From Octopus sinensis (Eukaryota): a stretch of 64,000 nucleotides of DNA. The notes under the pieces were generated by a model. That model did no database searches and was not told where the DNA came from. It saw only the letters and a program-made list of their open reading frames with translations. Positions within the stretch are counted from its first letter, which is position 1; every line of letters starts with the position of its first letter. Shown here piece after piece: positions 54,660 to 64,000 of the stretch. The stretch lies in NCBI RefSeq assembly GCF_006345805.1, contig NC_043002.1:29140001-29204000 (forward strand), given 5' to 3'. The position numbers and the translations under genes were made by a program.

Positions 54660-55015
54660 GTGCGTGTGTGTGTGTGTGTCTTCTTTTATTTTTGTTTTAT
54701 TTGTTTCAGGCATCTGACTGCAGCCAAGCTTTGGTCTCTTTTGCCGAACCGCTATGTTACGGGGTTACAAACAAACTAGCATCAAATGTCAAGCGATATG
54801 GGGGGGGGGGGACAAACAAGCACACAAGCTGAAACATTTTTAAGGATTTAAGGATATAAAAACACACACATACACACATATATATGTATGTATACGACGA
54901 GTTTCTTTCCGTTTCTATCTACCAAATTTACTCACAAGGCCTTGGTCGGCTCGAGTCTCTAGTAGAAAAGACTCGCCCAAGGTGCCACACAGTGGGACTG
55001 AACCTGGAAACCATG
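54118..55015 (-). mobile_element. Two adjacent OR2-like SINEs (54118-54545, 54690-55015)
   Basis: Both carry the family tail and the CORE-like region on the minus strand. Confidence 0.85.
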
Positions 55016-55544
55016 TGATTTACAATATATTGAAGTGCATGTATCTGTATATAAGTAAGTATGTCTTCGTGTATATGTGTATATATCTCTACATGTAAGG
55101 ATGTGCAAATATTTCTGTGTTGATGCCTATGATTTAAGTCTTTGCAATTGCTTCATGAGTTCTGGATTTTATTTTGTTAATTTCTGTAATCCCTCAAAGG
55201 AGAATAGGCTTGTCCATGACCTCCATACTTCGTCTACTACTGGGAAGGTCAAGGATTTCAGGTGTTTCTTTTTTTGTCAATTTATGAACCTAAGTCATTT
55301 CTTTGCGTGTTGATCTATGATTAAAATGTTCCAGACATTTGATTTCATCATTGAAATATATTGTCTACTAATCTTCAAATAATTAATGTAGTATGTGATT
55401 TCAGAAGGATCTGGCAGTTATTTCCGTCAGGTTAAACGACCGCACGGAGAGTCCTTTATAGTCTCGTTTTCAGCTAAGTTAAAATATGAACTTCTATTTT
55501 CCATTTATTTCTACTCTTTCTCTTCTCATCTATTTCCGCCGGAG

Positions 55545-55633
55545 AAAACCCATTGCGAGTAGAACTGCGGGAGGGGAAATATATCCAGAACTTTGCTATT
55601 CGAACGAGGAAATATTTCTTTGACAGTGAAGTG
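55545..55633 (+). CDS. Candidate coding exon (phase 1-0), (E)NPLRVELREGKYIQNFAIRTRKYFFDSEV
   Basis: AG-free pyrimidine tract of about 50 nt, but atypical GAG| acceptor; gtg|gtagca donor; phase compatible with 49271. Confidence 0.3.
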
Positions 55634-55687
55634 GTAGCAGATTTACACCTCTGTCACCTCATACAGCACATTCAAACATATTAGAAT

Positions 55688-56050
55688 GGTAAGAAGCTTC
55701 CTAGCCACATGGTTCCAGGTTCAGTTCCATTACGTGACAACTTCGGCAAGTGTCTTCTACTATAGCCTTGGGCTGACCAAATCCTTGTGAGTGGATTTGA
55801 TAGACGGAAACTGAAAGAAGCACGTCGTATAGGTATATATATATAGATGTTTACATTTGTGTGTCTACGTTTGTACCCCCACCTTCGCTTCACAATAAAT
55901 TTTGGTGTGTTTATATTCCCGTAACTTAGCGGTTTGGAAAAAGATACCGATAAAATCAGTACTAGGCTTACAAAGAATAAGTCTAGGGGTCGATTTGTTC
56001 GACTAAAGCTGGTGTTCCAGCATGGCCGCAGTCAAATGACTGAAATATAT
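55688..56050 (+). mobile_element. OR2-like SINE
   Basis: ggtaagaagctt…ggcaagtgtcttctactatagcc…ccagcatggccgcagtcaaatgactgaaa. Confidence 0.88.
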
Positions 56051-56074
56051 AAATGAATAAAACAATCTCCAAAG

Positions 56075-56380
56075 GAGTCGCGTGTCAGGCAATCGAACAA
56101 GGCAATCAAACAAGATGCCCGCCTGACATCCGCTCTCCTCAGGAGTATGCAAGCTTGGCAGATCAGCTTGGTGGAGGGGACCCGGTGTCTGGGTCCTTGT
56201 TTACTGGTTTAACTTTTCCTGTGACGTTCGTAAACCGTTCGAGTCTCGCAGGCGTACACTAGCGTAGGCATTATAACTGCTTTGTATACCTTCAACTTGG
56301 TGGCCACCATAATGCTTGTCTTCTCCCACACCAGTTCACATTGCTGCCTGATTACAACGTTTCCCCAATATGCTACAGCT
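56075..56380 (-). mobile_element. RTE-clade LINE fragment
   Basis: Minus strand TKLKVYKAVIMPTLVYACETRTVYERH matches the post-RT region of RTE LINEs. Confidence 0.75.
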
Positions 56381-56599
56381 GTAAAATATAGCGAAACAAT
56401 TCAAGCGTGCGTGTACGTGAGTATACACGCGCAAAACAACCGCTGAGGATTGGTAAGCGTTGGGATGAGTAAACTTTGGGAATTGGTGTGCATTGGTGGT
56501 TGGTAAACGTCGGGTATTGGTAATTGGCAGTCCTACTCATGGGTTTGGTTGTGACCTCGGTGCAGGTGGTGCAGAGTAGCTAAAGTGGTATTTGCTGGA

Positions 56600-57060
56600 A
56601 GGGCATACTTCTGGTGACAGCAATACGATAAATCGTATTTCTTGATGGATACTGCAGGTTGTTAGAGGTTATGCAGTTTTTCGCGGAGGAAGAGGTGGCA
56701 GTGGGTGGGGGTGTCTAATGAATATGGTGGAGCTTTGTCGACAATAGTCCACTTGATACTGGTTATTTCATTTCGAAAATCGGTGAGTCTCCAATGAAAA
56801 CGAGACAGTGAAGTAGAGTTCTCTCTGTTTGTGGATCTGAACGAACGCATATCCCGAGAGTATCTTCTTTTGAAGTCATTTGCGGTCATATCTATATAAT
56901 GCGTTTGAATTCCATCATATGGTGTAAGGGTGGCTCTGAATACTACTTGAAACGCAGGATTCTTCTACAGGGCACATGATAGGGTTTCGGAAGTTGCAGG
57001 TTGGTTTTGGGGTTAGAGCACATACCACTTCTTCCTACTCCCTCCAATAACGTGACTCAT
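56600..57060 (-). mobile_element. Penelope-like GIY-YIG endonuclease remnant
   Basis: CNFRNPIMCPVEESC…VVFRATLTPYDGIQTHYIDMTANDFKRRY…NSTSLS…IKWTIVDKAPPYS…CHLFLREK. Confidence 0.88.
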
Positions 57061-57429
57061 TTTCTAATCACTACGTCGTTAATTTCCTGAAAATGCGATA
57101 TTTTCCAACTAGCTGTTACCCATATACCAGCATCAAACCACGACACCGCGTGACCTTCCTCGACCAATCGCAGCCCACCGTACGGTAATAGCAATTAACT
57201 TCTGTCACTCAAAATCAAAATGGCTGACGACTAACATCACGCTTGAAACTCAAAGATGCCAAGGAATTGAATCAAACTGTTTTGATTCATACTTGCAACT
57301 CCCAATAAATTTCTTGAGTGACCTTCTTTCGCTTGTCCACTCACTTGTACAATTGCTCCAGACTCTATTGAGCGCCATTTACGAACGTCTGACCAACAGT
57401 TTGTAATAGAGTGACAACCACTACCGTAC

Positions 57430-58150
57430 TTGCTGAAAATTGTAAAGACGGTAAGGCTTCAGCATTGTTCTAACCCCTTCCTAAAATCCCTAAATGACTC
57501 TAGAACCAGCATTAAACAATCACCCTACGTACACACCCTCGCAGACAAAACAAAGAACATTTACGAAATAAACACTTCCACATGCTTAAGACCTCTTACA
57601 AGTGCCATCACCAGAATATACAAGAACACCCGTAATTCAATATACAATGGCATAAACACAGAAGCAAAGGAGCTAGCCACTCGCCTTAATATAGAGGATC
57701 GCGTGGACTGCCTCGCCACATGACCCCCTCCCCATATTGCACTCAAGGACCATAAGCAAAACTTCCACTTCAATTCGGAATACAGGCTGATCAAACCTAA
57801 AAGTTAGATAGGTATTATTAGCAAACGTATTCTTGATACTATCAGCTCCGATATCAGAAGAACTACAGGGCTGACTCAATGGAACTCCAGAATCGACTGG
57901 TTTCGCGATATCGTGAATAAATCAGCTTGTAAATTCACCCAGTTCGACATTGTCGACTTCTACCCTTCCATATCTAAGTCCTTCCCTCTGAAGGCCCTAA
58001 ATTTTGTTGAGCATTACACCATCATTAGTGAACTTTACATCTGAATTATCATGAATGCCAGAAAGTCAATTCTGGCCCCCGATTCCTTCTGGGTGAAAAA
58101 AGAAGGTGACCCATTGTTCGACGTCTCTATAGGGAGCTTTGAGGAGCTGA
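57430..58150 (+). mobile_element. Penelope-like reverse transcriptase remnant (Naiad/Chlamys-type signatures)
   Basis: ADKTKNIY, LKDHKQNF…RLIKP, IGIISKRILD, FDIVDFYPSI, IIMNARKS, WVKKEGDPLFDVSIGSF; several stops. Confidence 0.9.
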
Positions 58151-58721
58151 AATCGCGTACCTCGTCGGATTATACATCTTGGATACCCTCATTAAAAATT
58201 ATTAAATTAATGTTATTCGCACACTATGGAAGGGAAAATTTAGTGAATCGATAGTAATCATCAATACAAACCGAACATTGAGTCAGCCCTGTAGTTCTTC
58301 TGATACAGTCATATGTATCGTCCGTTAAAGTGATTTTTAATTGCAATTGATGTAAGATTGATTAGTTAATGCTCACGCTCATAACACAGACATTTGAATT
58401 GATTTTTACAATCCAGCCGTCTTTTCACACGGAATCTCGTCCAAGGACACTGAAGTGGCTTACATATAATGAAACTGTAATTATGTATGTCACAAAAATA
58501 TGTATAAGTCGAAACAATTTGTTGGCCTTTTACGGATTTTATAATTATTTATATATTATGTTATGTTACATATTATATTCATAGTATTTAATATAATATT
58601 GTAATATAAATAAATTATTTTTTTGTCAATATAATATCACTATATCTAATTTATATTTATGTATGTATAATTGTACACATACCTGTATACACACACACGC
58701 ACATATATTCATACATACATG

Positions 58722-58781
<60 letters not shown>

Positions 58782-60084
58782 CATACATATGGATATGGAC
58801 ATGTGCGTGTGTGTGCGTGTGTAATTGTGCATGTCTGTGTGTTTGCGAGTGTGTGCGTGTGTATGTGTGTGTGTGTGTGTGTGTATGTGTGTTTGTGTGT
58901 GTGTATTTGTTTCCTTTTATCCTTTTACTTCAGTCATTGGGCTGCGGCAACAGTGAGGCCTTGCTTTGCAGAATTTTATAGTAGATGAAATGAAATCCAG
59001 GCAAGTATGTATTTTACGTCTGATAACCTGTTTTTGGCGAGCTGTTAAACTACGGGAACGCAAACAAACCCACAACAGCTCTTAAGGCTTGAGAGGCGAA
59101 CGCAGAAACGTAATCATATCATACATATACATAAATGTATATATAGGTATATGGACGTATCTGTGTATATGCGTGTGGTGAATGTGGTTGTGACTTTGTA
59201 TGTGTGTGTGAGTGTTTGCGCGTGAGATGTGGCGTATCTGTTTGGATGTTTGCGTGAAGACGTGTAGATTCGTATTTAGATTCGTGTGTTCGAGCAAAAA
59301 AGGTGAGGAATTATGTGGAATATTTTAAGGCAATTACTGACTTACTGTTAAAAACAAACAAAATAAACGATAGTGACCATTATAAGAGACAAATACGCGT
59401 ACAATATTAGTTCACATATACCCTCCTCATTTTCCACTTGTAAAATTCCTTATAATTTTCTGGTCAGCAATACCCTTCGTTTATACAGTATTGTTGGGAT
59501 CTAAATCTACTGTCTTCCTGGAGAGTTTTTCCTATTTGATCAAATGATGGATCCCAAATAACAGATTAAATGCTGTTACATTTATTAACATGTTACAAAT
59601 TGATGGTCATTTTTCTTAGAAATTACTATTTTATTTTTGTTTTGGTATATTACAAAAACTAGACCCATTTTCTCACTTCCATCATTTGAAGTACACGCCA
59701 ATATTTGTAGATTATCCTGTCTTATTGCTATGATGACTGTGTCGTGCGCATAACAGATATGTTTTCCCCTAGCTGTATACCTTGAATCTCTTCAATATGT
59801 CGCATAATTATTTCTCTGTATAATGAAATCATGCTTGGTGATAATACACAGGCCTGCCCTTCACTTTTGATTTACTCACACTGCTCTATTTTTCCAGTTC
59901 TGCATGCTGCTGTTTGTTGACAAAATACTTTTTCTCCATAACATATTGTCAGATACACGGGTATTGGATATAGATGATGCTGAGGAAAATGTTCGCAAGG
60001 CTATACAACGATCCTCTCCTTATATCGAATTTTGTAACCTGGAACATCAGTTAGCAAATACATAAGCCTTCAAAATGATGCCGT

Positions 60085-60260
60085 TACTTAGGAAAATGTT
60101 CGAGTCGATAAAGTAACAAGCGCCAAAGTCTTCTGACGAGCAAAGTCCACAAGAAAGATTTTCAGTAGCATAAAGAGGCAATGGGCTCACTTCATTGGAG
60201 ATCATAGAAAAAGAAAAGGATTAGAGAACATGATGACAACCGGGAACCTGAAACAAAGGA
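60085..60260 (+). mobile_element. Decayed LINE 3' ORF fragment
   Basis: DKVTSAKVF*RA…IFSSIKRQWAHFIGDH…GLENMMTTG resembles LINE C-terminal motifs. Confidence 0.55.
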
Positions 60261-60291
60261 GACAGAGAAGAGAGAGAGAGAAAGAGTTAGG

Positions 60292-60367
<76 letters not shown>

Positions 60368-60413
60368 TAGATATATAGATACATAGACAGATAGCAAGAT
60401 AGATAGATAGATG

Positions 60414-60447
<34 letters not shown>

Positions 60448-61158
60448 GGGAGAGAAAGAGAGAAAGAGGGAGCATGAGAGGGGTAGAGAGAGGGTGAGAA
60501 AGAGATGGGAAGATACTCGATAGCCTTACCAGCTGGCTTCAGAGAAACTGGCCCAAATAAAACGCTAAACTGTGTGACAGAAGGGCATAGGAGTCCATAA
60601 TTACTGACGCCTGTTAGCATAGTACATAAAGACAGAGAGAGAGAGAAAGAGGAAGAGAGAGAGAGAGAAAGAGGGAGAACATGAGAGAGAGAGAAAGAGG
60701 GAGGACATGAGAGAAAGAGTGAGAATCAAAAGTTTACCAATCAAAGTGCCGACCTCATAAAATTAGTAAGAAATAATCGAGAATATGTAATGAAATCATG
60801 TACAAAGAGATAACAGATATGTGTGTACGTGTGTGTAGTGTGTGTGGTGTGTGTTGTGTATATATAAATATGTGTATTTTATACATATAGGCATATGCAT
60901 ACAAACGCATATGTATATTATATAATTATACATTTATATAAACTGATAATAAAACGAATGTCTATACATATATATATATATATATATATACATAACTACG
61001 TTTTTCTGCAAACTTGATTTAATTTTATTTGATGTTTTGATACTGGAATTCTGAGTCACGGATCACGTGATGAGGTCACTTCCTATTAATATCAGTGGAG
61101 TCAGATACGAGTGCACATAGATAAGACCTACACACTATTATCATATATGTAATATGTG

Positions 61159-61203
<45 letters not shown>

Positions 61204-61232
61204 TATAGATAGATATGTATGCATATATATTT

Positions 61233-61355
<123 letters not shown>

Positions 61356-62029
61356 GAGAGTATAATTCGTGAATGAATGTACTCGATTGTATAAGATTAT
61401 GAGTGAAAAGATAAACTGATCAAAAAAGGAAAATTGATGATTACACTCACTCTCATACAGCTCACCCACTTAAGTGCATACACACACACGCACATATCTT
61501 TTTATATATAAATATATATATATATGTGTTTGCGTATATATGCATATATATACTTATACATATTTATGTGTCTGTATATATGCATATGTATATAAATGTA
61601 TGTGTATACACACACATACACACACACACGCACACACACAGAGTGATGGAGAGATAGCTAACTAGGTAGATAGATAGATATAGAGAGGCTGTGGTATCAT
61701 TTTTAATGTGTACTTAAAACTAGTCGTGTTAACACGAAGAGTTCTGGGACACGATTCAAAATAATGCTAAATTCATAACAGTTTAATCCTATTCCTGGAT
61801 GTAATTACCAGTACGTTTCGTGTCCTCATCCGTATGCATTTTCCAAAATAATGTAACTTTACTGCCTGACATCGCATTTTAAGATCGTTTGGAAACCTCC
61901 ATGAATCTCAGCTAAAAGTAAAAATTGGTGCGATCCTCAGTATCAGTTTGCCGACCAGCGGCGTCCTGGTCGGTCGTACTGTCACGTTGTGAGCCATTTT
62001 TGCAGTGTTTCTCCCCTGTTCATCGATTT

Positions 62030-62703
62030 TTGCGATAGCTGAAACGAAGGAACAGCGCGCTTCAATGAAAATCTGTTTTCTGCTGGGGAAACAGCGGCCA
62101 AAACAGTTGCAATACTTCAAACAGCTCAAAAGGACGTTGGCATGAGCAAAACACAAGTTTACGAATGGTTTTCATGCTTTAGAAATGGTCACTTGAAGAC
62201 CAACCGTCGAGCACCCGAATAAATGAAAACATCAAAAAATTCATGAACTGATCTTCGAGGACTGTCACCAACCGATTGACGAATATTTCGATACTGTTGA
62301 TGCGTCCTGGAACTCCTGCCAACGAATTTTGAACGAGAAATTGCGAATGAAAAGAGTTGCAGCAAAATATTGTATCTCCTCCGCTCACGGAAGATCAAAT
62401 GCAGTCACGACTGAATGCGTGTCATGAACTGAGAGAACAGTTGGAAGTTGATCCGGACCTTTCATCGAAGATCATCACTGGTGACGAAAGCTGGTACTAC
62501 AGAATTTGCATATGTGGAAGAGGTAAAGAATAAAACAACGGAAGCGTTAAAAGCCTTCACTTTGCAAAAGTTCCGGCACTGCTTCGAATAGTTGAAAATG
62601 CGCTTCAACCGATTCAAATGGAGAATACTTTGAAGGCGATAAAAGTGTAAACGTGAATACAATAATATTGGAAAATTCCTGTTTCTTTTGGGTTCACTCC
62701 TCG
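62030..62703 (+). mobile_element. Internally deleted mariner (irritans-like) with right TIR
   Basis: EQRASMKICFLLG…SKTQVYEWF…KIITGDESW, then jumps to the C-terminal …GEYFEGD; ends gggttcactcctcg|TA. Left TIR not clearly found. Confidence 0.85.
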
Positions 62704-63760
62704 TATGTTGAAACACCTGAATGACCCTTTAAGCTTAAACATTAAATGATCTTCTCATATATGTGACGGTTGCATACACATATGGATTGTTCAACAGATT
62801 GACTTTTAGTCACTCATCAAAAAACTTCAAACTGTAGTCGAAGGAATTCCTTTTTAGCGCTACTGCAAAGTACTGCAACGCTTTTGCTTGAACTAACTAT
62901 TTGAATATCTCCTTCACCTAATAGTAGCCGTTACACTTGGTACCCTTTACGCCATTCCCAACACTATCTCTTGTCCTCAATCTTTCGCCATCTTTATGCC
63001 TGTTAAAATACACACACTGGTTCTATTACCCTTCTATATATTTCGTAATTTTTAACTACTTAAATAATCAATTAACCATTGTTAGATTTAATCATTTGGT
63101 TAAACAATAATTTATGTTTTTGTAAGCCATATAGTTGCCATTCTTGAATCACATGCCTTCTATAATCCAGATCATCTTTAGTTCTGTTTATCTGTATGTG
63201 ATTCGTCCTATATTCATGTAGTTGTATGGATGTGAGTGATAAAGGGCGTGAGGAGATAAGGAAGATGATGTGGAATAAACGAAGTGTATAGTTAAATATC
63301 TTTAAAATCATTGATATTACAAGGCATCGCCATCTGTGAAGTGAAAAGTGACTTCCAAAGTTAGACGTTGCCGTCATAGTAGAAAAGAAATCAGTACTTA
63401 TCAATTGTTATCCTTGAAGTGAAGCAAGTTGTAGAGTGCATTTGACATATTTGGTATAAATACGAACGCCTTGGACCAAATACAACGGCATGTCATTCTG
63501 GTTCTCTCAATTCTACCAAATCTTCTGATTATCTAAACTGACAAGCAATATAATTCCCTTAATCCATTATCTGAATCTAATTACATTTCACTTATTCATT
63601 AAAGCTGCAGTATCATTCCCCAACAAATTCAAAATAAACCACCTTAAATGTTATACTTCGGGAAGGATCTTGAAAATCTTTCAATATTTTAATATCACAG
63701 ATATCCGGAAATATGTCTGTAGGAATAAAACTATGAATTCATATGTACACACACACAAAT

Positions 63761-63820
<60 letters not shown>

Positions 63821-64000
63821 CATACACATACATGTATATCAGAGGTATTGGTATCTAGAATACCTAAGGTGTGTGTGCATATTTATGTACGTATGTATGT
63901 ATATGTGTATATGTATATACGTGTATATGTATGTGTGTGTGTAAGTATATATTGAGCGCGTGTGTATCGTTGGCAATTTTTTATCCTCCGTCTTCCCTTC

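Noticed and set aside
56900-57725. Selenocysteine read-through in the Naiad-like element
   Set aside because: Cys positions in this copy are TGC or mutated, not TGA; the TGA at 57721-57723 is not at a Cys position.
59898-60065. Exon FCMLLFVDK…EHQLANT*
   Set aside because: Abuts and partly duplicates a decayed LINE fragment (ggaaaatgttcg occurs twice) and has no clear donor.

Overview
Eukaryotic, AT-rich, extremely microsatellite-dense DNA. The SINE families and repeat landscape point to an octopus (coleoid cephalopod) genome; this is an inference, not a database match. Nearly all of the supplied six-frame ORFs are translations of (TA)n, (CA)n or trinucleotide repeats and are not genes. Well-supported content is transposable elements: one near-intact 1,291-bp DD34D mariner (9076-10366), three decayed mariners, a Tc1/mariner 3' fragment, many tRNA-derived SINEs of about four families, several non-LTR retrotransposon fragments, a long-TIR foldback element, and several Penelope-like (PLE) structures. 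A set of short + strand candidate exons (16.9-55.6 kb) has compatible splice phases and may be one large-intron gene that I cannot name. Two of these exons lie in adjacent tandem duplications that look like assembly artefacts. The most unusual items are a tRNA-headed element that carries a minimal hammerhead ribozyme inside a PLE-type inverted repeat (about 5.6-6.0 kb), a second variant hammerhead (34.7 kb), a near-perfect hairpin with 100-bp arms (4139-4342), and a locally folded-back SINE. There are no prokaryotic systems or CRISPR arrays, and I cannot claim a wholly new multi-gene system from this sequence.
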